NCBI GenBank assembly: GCA_040285855.1
Contig: JAUFOQ010000004.1
Location: forward strand, 434,001 to 498,000
Length of the DNA: 64,000 bases
Source: Eukaryota sp. GEM-RC1
Taxonomy: Eukaryota
Reading direction: 5' to 3'
Part shown: positions 1-12,695 of the stretch, one piece after another
How positions within the stretch are numbered: position 1 is the stretch's first letter
How the letters are laid out: every line of letters begins with the position of its first letter
The notes under the pieces: generated by a model
What the model saw: the letters and a program-made list of their open reading frames with translations, nothing else
Database searches by the model: none
What the model was told of the DNA's origin: nothing
Position numbers and translations under genes: made by a program

Positions 1-2157
1 TACCAAACATAGTATCAGCAAATGAGTGATCAAGAAGTTTAATTCCAGAATTAATGACTTCTCCAGAAGTCAATGGACCTTCCCGAACAGCCCAATCAAA
101 TCCTTTTTGATTGATTGATCGACGTCATTAGGAACAGGAGAATAATCACCTGATTCAGCCACCATCGACTCATCAACCAGAGCATTGGAAGGGAGAAGAG
201 AAGGTGCAAATGACCAGAGATTGGCTAGGGAAAGATCATCCCATCCAATATTGGAAAGTTGACCTTTTGTGACGTCATTGATTAGACCTTCACTATGTTG
301 GATGATCCTTGCTGAATCATTGTTAACTGGGAATGCGGCAAGAGTTAGTTTGTTTTGATTGTTGAGTGATTTTGAAGTGCAGTCTATTTGACTTTCCTGA
401 ATGATAGTTTCCTTGAGCTCTACTAAAGGATCAACGACTTTTAATTGGAATTTACCAAAGAACTCTGACACATCCTTCAGAACTGAGTCTAGATAGAGTT
501 CTCCTGGAGCAGACAGTGAATACTCGCCTGATTCTGCAACTGAAATTTTTAAATTAGGGTAATATTTTTGAACAATTAAGAGACAACTAGCCAGATTTGG
601 AAGTTCAGAACTCAAAACCGGTTCAATAGGTAACTTAATAACAGGAGGAAATGAAAATTTAACTACATTTAAAGAAATAGCACCAAAAACTTCAGAAAGT
701 TCCATTCCAACCGCAACCCCGATACTTTGACTCAGAATATTATTATTATCTAATTGAAACGTGACCAAAGAGCCAGAAGAAGCATATGGAAGCTCAAAAT
801 CAAATCGTGATTGATGAATACCAATTGAGCACACTCTTGCCGTTTTCAATTCACTATCATGATGGACACTTGATTGTTCTTTAAAAGTCAACGTTTGATT
901 GACAGTCAGCTGACCATTTATGACCCTTCCAAGATAGGAAAACGATAGTCCATCAGGATTTGGAATAATCTTGGAAAAAACAACAATAGTTTCTTCTTTG
1001 AGTAAATGAGACTCTATTTGTAAATTGAGATTCTTAATCACATTTGATTGATAAACAAGATCACCAATCACAGAGGAGAAACAATCAAACAATTTGACTG
1101 TCAAAGATTCAGCAAAAGGAGCATCGTTTGTTGAAAAGAATCTGTTTAAAACAGTATAGACTAACTCTTTTGAATTAAGTTTACTTTCATCAGCTGAAAT
1201 CTTAACTCTTTTAAACGGGAAAACTCTCAAAAATGATCGTAGTTGCTTTGGTTCGAGGGTGAGGGTCTGAATGAATAATTTGTAAATGGGGTCGAGAATA
1301 AACTCAACAAAGGTTTGATTTTGACCCTGTGATTGGTTTGAAAAAACCTGCTCATTTGGATGATAATAAATATTTCCCCAAAAATTTGAATTATTTAATT
1401 CTACTTCAGGAGTACTGTACATTCGTGAAAAGAAGGATAAATCGAACTGAAATCCATAAAAAGAAGATCCAAAAACGACATTATTCTTTCTAGGGTCAAA
1501 ATGATATGTGTCATCTAAGAAATTTGCAGAAAACTCATTCAATTGACCTAAAATATGTTTAATTTTAAAAAAACAATCCACTGGAGGAATCCTCAGGTCC
1601 ATAATCAATCGGTCAAATTTATTTAAAAACAACAAAATTGACTTATGTTGCTCCAAACAGATTTTCAACAACGACAGTGAATGTTGAGTCACCCCTTCTG
1701 CAACATCCAAAACGAATAGAACAGCATCAGAAAGTAACAAGGAACACTCAACTTCCTCCACCAGTTGAGAATGGCCAGGAGTGTCAATGAGAGAGAAGGA
1801 ATGATCAGAAGAAAGAAGAGTTAGAGGTTGGGATTTGATGGACATTTGACGTTGATGCTCATCTGTTCGTCTGTCTGTCCAGTAAAGTCCTGTGGGTAGT
1901 GTGGAGTTGGAAAAGAATGAAGGAAGGTTGGATTGAGCAAAGAGATCAAGAAGAGAGGTTTTACCAGAGTGGAGAGGTCCAACAACGCTAATGACAGGGT
2001 GATAGGATGATAGGACACGGCTGATAACCAGATCAGGACTGTAATCAGCAGGAATGTCAGTTGTGAGATATTGTTTCTGTTTGGTGGCTTTTGTGAGTAT
2101 TGGTTCTGCTAAAGATTGCTCATCTTCAGGGAACTCTTCATAATCTAAGTCATTCAT
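1..2157 (-). CDS. SNU114: U5 snRNP GTPase Snu114/EFTUD2 (EF-2 family); 3'-partial, runs off the window start
   Basis: GTPase motifs GPLHSGKT, MSIKSQP, DTPGH and NKFDR; ESGEY and GELYLD in the C-terminal domains. ATG at 2157. Adding one A to the homopolymer at ~104-108 restores GFDWAVREGPL, which stays open to base 1. Confidence 0.9.
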
Positions 2158-2201
2158 GAAAAATTGGTTCAAAGAAAATTCCTCCTTTTTGGGACAAACA
2201 A

Positions 2202-3173
2202 ATGCCGGTCCTTATTGGTGAACCTTACTGTCCAATGACAAAGGAGGTGCTTGCATATCTTTCTGAAAACACTTCCTTGTCATCTAAAGTAGTTAGTGTC
2301 AGACAACTATCTGGGGGTATCACCAATTGCATTTACAAAGTATCTTTGAATGGTGATTCTGACGTCTTGGTGCGTTTTCATGGTACTAATACTTCAACAA
2401 TCATTAACAGACAACTTGAAGTGCTTTTTAGAACTTATCTACACTCACACAATCTTGCTTCACCAGTATTGTTTCACGATGACAAAGGTGATGTTACAGT
2501 GTATATTAACGGTTCCAGTCTAGAACCTGAACAAGTTCATATATACTATCCTGAAATCACTGACACCATTTCTACTCTCCACTCTCTTCCCATTCCCTCC
2601 TCTTTAACCTCTGAAGCCACTGTCTTCACCCAGCTTAATTCTTGGATCAATTCTCTTCTCTCTATTGAGTCATTGCATCCTCACTATCAAACAGTCCTCA
2701 ATTCCAGGGATATTCTTAGTGTCTGTCGTGAACGGATTTCTTCCTTAGCTTCTGGATTGTCCATTTCCAATTGTATTTGTCATAATGACTTACTTTCTGG
2801 AAACTTTATTCTGAATGATGAAAGGGATAAAGTCAATTTGATTGATTTTGAGTACACGAATATCAATTCACCTGCATATGAGATTGCTAATTTTTTGTAG
2901 AGCACTGTACATTTGAAGTTAATTCCGATTTGTATCCGTCATTGCAAAAAGACAAAATTTCATTTCAAATTACTTAAAAAGAGAAATTTAAACGACGACG
3001 TCAACATTTTCTCATCAGTAGTTGATCACTACGCTATTGTTTCTCTCATTTATTGGGCAGTTTGGGCTGTTTTAATGGATAACTGTTTGGGATCACATGA
3101 GTTTGATTATCTAGAATTTGCAAGGAAACGTTTTGCATTGGCTTCAAATTGGTCAACGCAATTATTGAGCTGA
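2202..3173 (+). CDS. Choline/ethanolamine kinase (homopolymer frameshifts at ~2892-2980)
   Basis: LSGGITN, the Brenner motif CHNDLLSGN, IDFEY...AYEIAN, and C-terminal YWAVWA and FDYLEFA. Confidence 0.9.
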
Positions 3174-3324
3174 TGTTTATTATTATTGTAATATAGTTTT
3201 TTGAATTTATAGCATATAAATAGAATTTTGTTTATATCGCAAACAACATTTAAATAACACCAACTCAGAACCCTAACCACTGCCAATAAAATACACAAAA
3301 ACAAACAAATGTCCAATCAAATAA

Positions 3325-5234
3325 TTAAATATTCTTAAAATAATTCCAAACATAGATAGAACAATCATGACCAACACTAATCACTTGCTTATCATCAAGA
3401 GTCCAACAAACGTCAGTAACTGACCCCACGTGACCTTGATTGGATTCACCTGCTAAACTTCCTCTTTGGGCATTAGGAGAACCTCTTACACTAAGAGTAG
3501 ATGTATCAATAAACTCAATTTCAAACACTTTCAAGTTCCCATCATTAAGTCCTACAACAACAGCTCTTCCTTTATGACTTGCCTTTAAACAAACAGGAGC
3601 CGGAGAATTGCCCTGCTTCTTATAGACTTCTCCAACTGAAGGGGAAATGTCAACGTCATGAAGAAGGATTCTCTTGCTAGTGTCGATTGAGACTAGCTCT
3701 CGTTCGCCATCAACAAGTTGAGAGAGGAAAGTAAATCTGGCATCACTCAAGAAGTGAGAGGTCTTGCGTTTTCCTGTCCTCACATCACTGCTGACCAGGC
3801 ATCTGTCTTCTGCAGCTGAGTGGATGACGTATTTATCCTCACAATCAAAAATGATTGATGAAACAGGAGCTGTATGACATTCCAACTGGCTCACAATCCC
3901 ACTAATATTCTTTCCAAATATTCTAATAACTGAATCTTCTCCAGCAGTGGCTACAAACAACCCATCAACCGGAGTAGCAATACTCTTCACCTTCCCTCTA
4001 TGGGCAGCCTTTGACCACAGAACCACTAGACTTGGATACTCTAGGCAGTAGACATAGCCATCGTTAGTCCCAAGGAAGATACAAGCACTGGAGGGGGGAG
4101 ATGGACAAGCAGGTGATGGGACTGTTGAGAGTTGTTTGACCAAGGATAGAGTAAGAGGAGAGGGACCAGATACAGACTCTACCTGAAGCATCGGCAGAGA
4201 CAACGTTGTCTGGGGAGAAAGGATCAGGAGAGACACAGGTGAGTTCAGCGGTGTGGCTCTCTTGGAGTAGAGCAGAGGTAAAGTTGGAAGAAGACAGAGA
4301 GTGAGAGAATATAGAGTTGGAACTTGTGATGGTGAGCATGGTAGATCCCTGTAAATCCCCGATAAGAGAGGGGAAAGTCTTAGTAGAGGAGAGTTTGTTT
4401 GAAGCCCATTGAGAAGCTTGTTGAGAGGGTGAGAGTTTTAGGATCTCTCCAGAAGAAGTAAGAGCCACAGCAATGGAGTCAGAGAAAGGGGAGGCGAAGA
4501 GAGAAGGTATGTTGACTCCAAGAGAAACGACAGTAACAATGTTCAATGAAGGAATGCCTAGAACAACAACTTCACCAGCAGTTGTGGCTAGGAAGAAGTA
4601 CTGGTCTGCAGCAGCAGCACATGAGAAATCTCTTCGGAGGGAGGGGAGGGAGACGTGAGAGAGAGTAAGACGGAAGGAGAAAGAGGCTCGGTCGAATACA
4701 AAGGATCCAGAGAGGAGAGACTGGCCTAGAGCAATGAGGATGTTGTAAGAATTGTTGGGGGAGTAGTTGGTATCAAAAACACAGAAAGATGCAGGGTGAT
4801 CGGACTTAGGACGGACTGCACATGCTAGATCGCCATTAGAAAGATCGAAGATTTGGATAGTTCCATCAAGAAGACAGCAGGTAAGAAATCGATAATCAGG
4901 AGAAAAAGCAAGTGCTGAAAGTCCCTTTCCAATATCTCCAAGCTTAATTGGTCCTGATCCGTCTAGATTGCATAGTACTAGTGTAGCAGGGGGGATCGCG
5001 AGGAAAGTGTTCAGATATTGATGAGGAAGCAATCAACTGCGGGCTGAGTTTGATATGTGAAATAGGATGTTGATGATAAGAGAAGCGTTCTTGAGTGTGA
5101 GGATCGTCAACTCTGCAAGTGACTAGAGTGGCAGCTACTGGATAAACATAAGCAGATGCATCATGTGTTAGTGCTACACTTTTATGATGTACTGCAGTAG
5201 ATCCTATAACATGTTCAAGTTCGAGGTTTGACAT
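3325..5234 (-). CDS. WD40-repeat protein, CFAP52/WDR16-like (three ORF-track pieces joined across frameshifts)
   Basis: Starts MSNLELEHVIG at ATG 5234; several WD repeats; ends GHVGSVTDVCWTLDDKQVISVGHDCSIYVWN. Confidence 0.7.
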
Positions 5235-5257
5235 ATGAGTACAGATTTTCCTCAAAA

Positions 5258-6534
5258 ATGCTGTTGAACGAAAGCCTACTGCTCATATTACATGTCGACA
5301 GCACAGAATCCGAATCTCTCACTGAGTCTGTTATCTACAAGTATCCAAATGTTTCTGTAGATCCTATTCTTCTTAATCTGAATCGTGTTCTCATCGCCAT
5401 ACCTTCAATTATGGTTGATTCTGGATTGTCTAAGTCCTGCAATACTCGTCTCAATCCAATCTCTCTAACCACCAATAACTTCAGATTATCTCTATGCCAG
5501 TTTTCTGACGACCATTTTCTCATCATTCTTATTCCACTTAGTCATAAGCTTCATCCTGACACTCTCCCCACTCTATGTACATCATTCATCAATCTATCAA
5601 ACACTCTCTGTGGAGACTTCCTTTCAGCAGTTTCTCAACTCTCCTCAACCAGACAACTCCTTGACCAAGTTTCACTCTACCTCTTCAACTTCTTAATTAA
5701 CTTTTCTTTTCTAAATCCTTCTACTTATCTCTCTCTTCGGATACCTCATTCTCTTTCGTCTAAACTTTCTGAAAGTTGTTGCTATATTCTTAATCAGTGG
5801 AAGCATCGTGATTCATCTATAGTGGTACCGTTGGGTTGTTGCATGTTTTTTAAAAATTTTGTTGTTGGCCATTCAAGTCCACCTTGTTTCCTTCCTTATT
5901 TCTATCATATTTCAAATATTTTAAAAATTACTGACCGTGAAGTCACTGACTCTGGACTCTTCTCTGATACTTTTGATGTCTTTATTGATCCAAACTGGGT
6001 GAAGATTCGTAAACTACAAGTACATCCGCCTCCACCAATTTTAAAAACTAACACTGATATTGATCCTTGTATTGAATATATTGACTTTTTATCAGGCAGT
6101 GTGTTGAAAAATAATCAGAAATCAAATCCTATATCAGAAAAACGAATTTCTTGTAAAATATCATTTGTTTCTCTCAATCAAATCACAATCAGTTTGTTGT
6201 TTTTGACCCCTCAATCAAATCAAGATCACGTGGTTGATCCCTTTATGATTCAGGAATGTCGGCATTTATTAATTCAAATGCACCAAGAAAGGATTTGTGA
6301 TTCTATACTCGAAGGGTTTTCGAAAAGGAAAAGAGCAAATTGACAATTCAGAAAAAGAAAGATTCAGTGGTGATCAATCAGTTGAATTTAACACAGACAG
6401 TAGCTGAGCATTGTGGTAATTTAATATCAAAATCAAATGATTCAAATGTTTTGTTTTTTAAGAATTTTGATGAAAATTTGGAATTAACCACAATTGTTAA
6501 AGAACAAGATGGATTTAGGATTTCAAAGGAATAG
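5258..6534 (+). CDS. Hypothetical protein (possibly longin-like); probable frameshift near 6330
   Basis: Long ORF from ATG 5258 with a short continuation in another frame; no diagnostic motif recognised. Confidence 0.55.
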
Positions 6535-6560
6535 AGTTCATGATAAATTTACAAAAATTT

Positions 6561-7253
6561 TCAATTTTTCTTCAAAACATTCATCATTAACAAAAAACCT
6601 GGAATGACTATTAATATCAATTGCAATGTTAATGATATTAAGCAGGAACATTTAATAATTGAAAGTCCAGAATACTCAGCAACGAGATAATAAATAATTG
6701 TAAGAATAAATCGATACTTCTTTTTTTCAATTTTCGAAATTAACAAATTTAAAAAAACAACAGTATGTGAGTAAAGAGAGAATATTGACTTCAAAGAGGA
6801 TAAATGAAAGACAGACATTGTAGGACAATACTGAGATCTAAGAGTAGCTGCAGTAAGTCCACGAGATAGTAGAGGTAAATAAGAGAAGATGAAATGTGAG
6901 AGTGCACATCCAAGAGCAAAGGAAAAGTAAAGAGATGATTGAAGTTTAGGGGTGAAAGAAGGAGAAACAGAGGTGGGTGCTAGCATTTTGGGAAGGAAGT
7001 GAAAGCATTTAACAGCTATTAGGACCACTGGGATCGATCGAACTGCTACTTCAACGATGGGAAGGAAGAGGAAGTAGTATTGAGATGAAAAGGGGGAGTT
7101 GTAGAAGGAACAAGAGATGGCAAAAAACAGTGAATATAACAGAATGCTGCAGAGGAAGATAAAGGAGTTTGGAGATCTTGAAACTCTATAACAAAGACAG
7201 AATATTAGAATGAATGCAAAAGGAGTTGTTATTAGAAGTAACCCTGATAACAT
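6561..7253 (-). CDS. APH1: Gamma-secretase subunit APH-1-like multi-TM protein
   Basis: 230 aa with ~7 hydrophobic segments; ALGCALSH...AATLRSQYCPTMSVFHLSS...YSHT resembles plant/protist APH-1 and keeps both His residues. Confidence 0.65.
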   Translation of the reverse strand: MLSGLLLITTPFAFILIFCLCYRVSRSPNSFIFLCSILLYSLFFAISCSFYNSPFSSQYYFLFLPIVEVAVRSIPVVLIAVKCFHFLPKMLAPTSVSPSFTPKLQSSLYFSFALGCALSHFIFSYLPLLSRGLTAATLRSQYCPTMSVFHLSSLKSIFSLYSHTVVFLNLLISKIEKKKYRFILTIIYYLVAEYSGLSIIKCSCLISLTLQLILIVIPGFLLMMNVLKKN

Positions 7254-7563
7254 TGAGAAGGAAGTAAATTTGGAAGTAAATAATGTGGCAATGTTTCGTC
7301 ATTCTGATTCAAAAAACGAATGGTTCAAATTGTTAATCGTTTAGTATTTTTTGGATTTACTGTTTTTCAGAAAAGAATCGAAATTAGCGTGTTGTATGAA
7401 ATCTACACTATCCAGTAGACATGTATGATACTGTATGATACTGTCTTTTTCTTGATCTCAACCATAAGATGAAGTCAGACTTGACTGGCCCTTAGTTTGT
7501 GTTTTTGAACGTTTTTGCTACAATTAGTCCAAAATTTTGGTATCAAAACCTTACTAGTAGTCT

Positions 7564-7700
7564 CAGGGATTGGAAAGAATATATTGATATTGCAATACAT
7601 GTAAGTACAATAACAATATGGTATTGTTGGTACATAAACAATAACAATATCATATTGTTGGTGCATGTACAATAATAATATTTTGCAATATATTGATGAG
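7564..7700 (+). mobile_element. Orphan terminus of a hAT-like element related to 18976-20121
   Basis: CAGGGAT...AATATATTG start followed by ATATTGCAAT/ACAATA subterminal repeats; no partner TIR found. Confidence 0.45.
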
Positions 7701-7899
7701 TTGTTGTTGGTGAAATAATTGATACTTCAGTGTTTTATAGATTCTTTGCGAGAGAAAACACTGTGTAAAAGTATAGATGTCGCCTTCAGACAATTACTCA
7801 AGTACATGCAACAACAAATGGTTTTATACCATTATTTTTTTATTGGATAATTGGGCAATCTTGTTGAAACTGATTCAACCAAACTTCCTTATCATGCAT

Positions 7900-8382
7900 T
7901 CTTTTCTGCTTCTTTTGGTGGTGTTGGATTTTCTAGAGCGGAGTATTTGTGTCAAAGTGCATATCTTGGTGGTTTGAATTCTTTTCGAATTCCGTTTGAG
8001 ATTTAGTGATGTGTTTTCACAAATAATCGCACAGAATTCTATGTGGTTACGACCTCTTGATTCTGTCATTCAAAACCTATCTGCTGATATTTGGAACAAG
8101 TGTTTTCCTAAGTCAATCTCTTCTATTCCTGATAGGTCAATCGAGTTTCTACATTTATATGTGGTAAAATTGCAAAATTGTGTTTTACATGGCTTAGCAG
8201 ACTTGGATTTTTCTGTACGTCTTAGTGTTACTAAGGTAAATAATCCCGTCTTTGCTGCTTTTCTTTTGGATTTAAAAAACTGTTCATCGTTTATTACTCA
8301 ACAGCCTAGACCTTATGGTCTTCATCTCAATAATGAGGCATGGAAACTTAACATGCGTCTTCGCTTAGGTCTTCACTACTGA
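7900..8382 (+). pseudogene. Degenerate CRE-like non-LTR retrotransposon fragment
   Basis: SSFITQQPRPYGLHLNNEAWKLNMRLRLG matches STLITRYPQRYSFNLKGHEWLINIRLRLG in the copy at 20185. Confidence 0.65.
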
Positions 8383-8835
8383 CTGACAGTAGTGAAGCTA
8401 GATTGCACTACTTCACAAGGTTTGGTATTTTTACATTCATTAGAATGAACATTATTAAGCGTTTCTAAATTGTTGTTAATTGACTTTGATCGGTGTTTCA
8501 CTGTTTAGTCATCTAGCATAATCCGTTGACGTACAGTAGTGGAACGCTTAGAAAATTCAGTAGAAGATAGTATTTCGGCAAGTTGTTTTGTATAACACAT
8601 GGCCCAATTGTTCCTAACAATGATATAAATGATCAGGATCATTCGCTGTCAAGTGTTTCTCTCAAGTATGTCAGTGATTTTCATGAAATAAAGGGATTTT
8701 TAGGCTGATAAAAATATATAAAAAACAAATACAAATACACTTTTCCAGAAAAAATACAATACATAATATAGAAAAAACACATACTACAAAAAAAATAATG
8801 TATTTTGTATTTTGCAACAATGCATTTAAGTACTA

Positions 8836-9692
8836 CAGTCTACCCTCCCATTAGTGCAAGCTTTTGGGCAGACCTTAATGGGAGTTTTACCTTAATGGGA
8901 GGTTTTGATTGTACAGACATGAACAGCAGACGACAGCTTTTTATGATAAATAAACCAACAAACTATGACTATTGTGCACCATTTGGTGATGAATTGAAGA
9001 TGGCACGGATGTACCACCACGGGTAATCGTCGTCCAAATTTAAGTGGTGGGATTGAGGAAAAATATTGCTGAACACTCAATCATCAGCAAATACCAATAA
9101 TCTCTCAGATATCTGCTAAACGGATGGATGAGAGAAGGAGAGAACTAGTGCTAACGGAGAGGGCGATATAAGAGCGAGAAAGGTCAAGAATGGACCTGAA
9201 AGCACCAATATAGGAAAGGAGAAAGGCGACAACTTCAAATCCAGCAGTTACAGGCATTAGCAGGGAAGATGTTCATAAGAAGGTCTTCCATTTCAAGACC
9301 TTCAACAAGGGACAACTTTACAACCCTGTCAAGGAGCTCCTCTTCTTCTTCATGGATCAGTACATCCTCTTCTTCGTCGAGGCATTCGTCATGATCAAAG
9401 ACCAGAGAACTAATGGGATGAAGTCCTATAGATCTGGTATTCACAACAAATCACCGAAGTAACGGATCTAGAGGCTTGTAACTGTTTAACTGGTTGAAAG
9501 GGTCATGAAAAGAAGGTATGTAATGATGTGATATGAAAAATAGAAGAACGAAAAAGTTTATGTTAAGAACTGTAGTGCAATGGCAAGGGCACGGGAATCA
9601 AAAAGGACACGACAAAAAGTGGGCAGTGAAAATTTTACCTTAATGGGAGGGAAACCTTAATGGGAGGGTGACCTTAATGGGAGGGTAGACTG
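8836..9692. mobile_element. Non-autonomous Tc1/mariner (pogo-like) element, 857 bp, copy 1
   Basis: 18-bp TIR CAGTCTACCCTCCCATTA; TA TSD at 8834-8835 and 9693-9694; subterminal CCTTAATGGGAG repeats; near-identical copy at 50782-51621. Confidence 0.92.
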
Positions 9693-10099
9693 TAGTTGTT
9701 TGTATTTCGTTAATTTATAAGTTATAAATTATAACATAAAACCAGACTATATTAAAAAAAATTTAATGAAATTAAAAGATTTTGTTTTAAAACGGTGCTT
9801 TTTATAAATAATGCATATTTCCATGTTGGATCAGACCATCGCACAAATAAAAAGCCTGTTAGTTTATGATTAAAACTCGTTAAACTAGGATGCCCTCGAC
9901 TTTACGAAACCAACATTGGCCAATTATAATCGTTTAGCTACAGAAAAAATACTAAAAGGAATTTTATACTGTAAAATCACTTGAGGGACAGTCGTGCTGA
10001 CAAAAAAAGACTGTCAATGTCCAGACAAAACGCCAATATTATTACTAGTACAACGACAAACTACCTCTAAGAACTGTTTGGTCAATCAACACCCAACTC

Positions 10100-10888
10100 T
10101 TACTCAGAATTCTTATCAAACTGGTAATAAGGAACGTGAGACACAGAGAAAGTCCTTGAAAGAGGTTTAACTGGGATATCCAATGTCGGGGGATAAGCCA
10201 AATACTCAAAACAGAAGGTCGCTTCTGCTTCGTTATAGAGTGATATTGCAGGGAAATACAGATCATTAGGAAAATCAGCAAAAGCTAGACATAGGAAAGA
10301 ACCATTTAGAAAATAAGCTATTTGGGCATGTTGTTGTCCAATTATCGAACTTGTTAAATGTTCTGCAGTAAGAACACCTTCCGATGAAGTAGCCGAAGGT
10401 GACATATACAAAAGACAACCTACAACATCACCCTCTTTAAGAGACTTACCAGTGAACAGCGAAGTCTTCTTCCCCTTGTGAAAGAGTGAACAATCAGAAT
10501 CTCTCAGTCCAAAGGAGTATTGGTCAAACCCACAGGAAGCTTGTAGCTCTGAGGTCCTTGTAGCCCATCCAATACGGATTGATCCCTGACCCTTACCACG
10601 GCGAACCTCGTAATACCAACATCCATTGGGAGCTGCATGTGTAGCCAAAGCCATTCGATGACCTCCGTTTCCTCTTACGGTCAAGAGATCATCAGTTAAG
10701 TTTAATTCAGGTGCAGTATCAAGTGGGGAGATACATATATAAGTCGGTATCCATCGTCTGTATTTATTGATAAGCTTCGTTATAAGTTTAGCTTCATCAG
10801 ATTCTTCACTGTTGTCAGCATGACGATATCTTGCACTGCTGGATGTTCTAACAGGTGAACTGTTAGTGACAAGCTTGGAACGGGGCAT
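10100..10888 (-). CDS. ASH2L: Ash2/Bre2-like SPRY-domain subunit of the COMPASS H3K4 methyltransferase complex
   Basis: DTAPELNLTDDLLTVRG..GHRMALATH, WYYEV, RIGW, CGFDQYSFGLRD, GDVVGC, YFPAISLY. Confidence 0.85.
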   Translation of the reverse strand: MPRSKLVTNSSPVRTSSSARYRHADNSEESDEAKLITKLINKYRRWIPTYICISPLDTAPELNLTDDLLTVRGNGGHRMALATHAAPNGCWYYEVRRGKGQGSIRIGWATRTSELQASCGFDQYSFGLRDSDCSLFHKGKKTSLFTGKSLKEGDVVGCLLYMSPSATSSEGVLTAEHLTSSIIGQQHAQIAYFLNGSFLCLAFADFPNDLYFPAISLYNEAEATFCFEYLAYPPTLDIPVKPLSRTFSVSHVPYYQFDKNSE

Positions 10889-10968
10889 AAGAAGCCAATC
10901 AAAGTATTGGAACTTTCAAGCAGAAAGTTGAAAAGAAGAGGCCTCCACTTTTCTTGAAACCCTCAATA

Positions 10969-11879
10969 ATGTCAGACTCTGAGCAAAATCCCTTTGAGGA
11001 ACTGGAACGTCAACTTATGGCTCGAAATGCTGAGTTAGAACGTCGTCACAGAGAACTTCAAGAAAGAGTTGCAAATGTTTCTATAAATGACGAAGAAGAC
11101 TATGATATCCCATCTGATGAAGAAGCTCCACTAACAGATGAAGATGTCCAAGAACCCAATCTATCCGCATCCCACACTTCGTCTCCTCTCTCACGCTCTC
11201 GAACTTCTTTCGTGTCTCGTTCCGCTACTTTTGCTGATCCTGGTGATATCACAGGGCTTGATGCACTTCCTGTTGAAGCAGCTCTAAAGTTTCAAAATGA
11301 ACGAGTCAATGTACTAAAGTCTGAACTTGCGGTTGCTGCTGATACTCTCCAAGAACAACAGAAAGAAATTGAAGACGCTAACTCTAAAATTAAAGAACTT
11401 GCCTCTAAGAACATGAACCTCTCTAAAAAGAAGCACATCTTCGTTCAACTAACGAGAAACTAGAGAAAAAGAATGCAACTCTGATGGCTAAGCTTCAAGA
11501 ATTAAACCAAGAGAATGATGTTCTGAAACATGAACAAGATGACATTAAGAGGGAGGGAAAGATGGTGAAGAATAAGATTGGGAATAAGGATCTGCAGTTG
11601 AACAGAGCGTTGGAAACTGTGGAGAGACTACAGGCTAAGCTAGTTGTTACTGAACAAGAGTTGGAGGAGGAGAGGAAGTGTAGTAGAGCGGAAGTCGAGG
11701 ATCTGAGGAGTCACGCTAAGCATTTGAAGAAGCAACGGGATGAGCTTATAGAAGGATTGAAGAAGCAACAGCAGCTGATTCAGGTTCTACGTAAACAAAA
11801 GGTTCATTTGGAAGCTTCTAGATTGTTGGAGTTGACTGCTGAAGAGTGGTCTCGGATTGTGTCCTTGCCAAATAAGTAG
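10969..11879 (+). CDS. TEX9: TEX9-like coiled-coil protein (frameshift in the A-run at ~11425)
   Basis: C-terminal KKQQQLIQVLRKQKVHLEASRLLELTAEEW matches the TEX9 signature; one added A joins the two ORFs. Confidence 0.8.
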
Positions 11880-12695
11880 GGATCGTGATTGCAGTGATTG
11901 ACTATTTAATTTATTACTTGTTAGGGGTTTTAAGTGTGGTTCTTTATGCCAGTAGAAAGTTTTTGTAGATTAACTGAATGGGAATTGGATTTGGATCTGC
12001 TGTTGTCAACCAGACAGTCGTTTTTAAATATTCAAGAAGAGTTTGTCTATTGTGAAATGATCATGTTACTTTACTAATTATGCCAACCTTGAACCAGTTT
12101 ACATGCTGTGAATTTCTATTTCTATTTACTGTTTTTGTAGATGCTTAACTGCTTCTTGAAATGAAAAATTTGAATTTTGTACCGATTTCAATATTCTTGA
12201 ATGTTGGTTGTTAAATTTCGCTTACTATGCTTTTTTTTATCTTAGGATTATTTGCAATAGCGCCATCTTTTTTGAAAATACTAGGTTTGTCCAATGACTC
12301 AAGTCAAGTCATTGAACAACCCTAGAAAATACCACATACAATCAAAATTAATACTATTGTATAGAATTATTTGATGAATGTTTAAAAATAGACATTGAAA
12401 ATTGTTTCATTTTTGAATTTGATATTAGTTCTCTAGCTGGGGTTTTGGTTCCAATTAAAGGGAGAACAGTACACATGGTGTGAACATATTCTGTACTGTG
12501 GAAGACGAAGAAGATCATTGTACATGACTACGGGAGAAAGACCTTCACTTTTAATTGGTTAGAAAAATTGAGCAACTGTCCTTGGTAGTTCCTTGAACAG
12601 TACAGGTTTTGGGCTTTGTACTGTGGGACAGACAAAAACCTAACAAAGATTGCAGACAGACTTGTCTTTACTTTTCAAATTGACTCATCAAACAG

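Noticed and set aside
8892..9444. Short ORFs inside the Tc1 MITE (repeated at 50821-51373) as genes, or as evidence of stop-codon reassignment
   Set aside because: They are repeated only because the element is; no continuous frame exists even with read-through, and host genes end in TAA, TAG and TGA.
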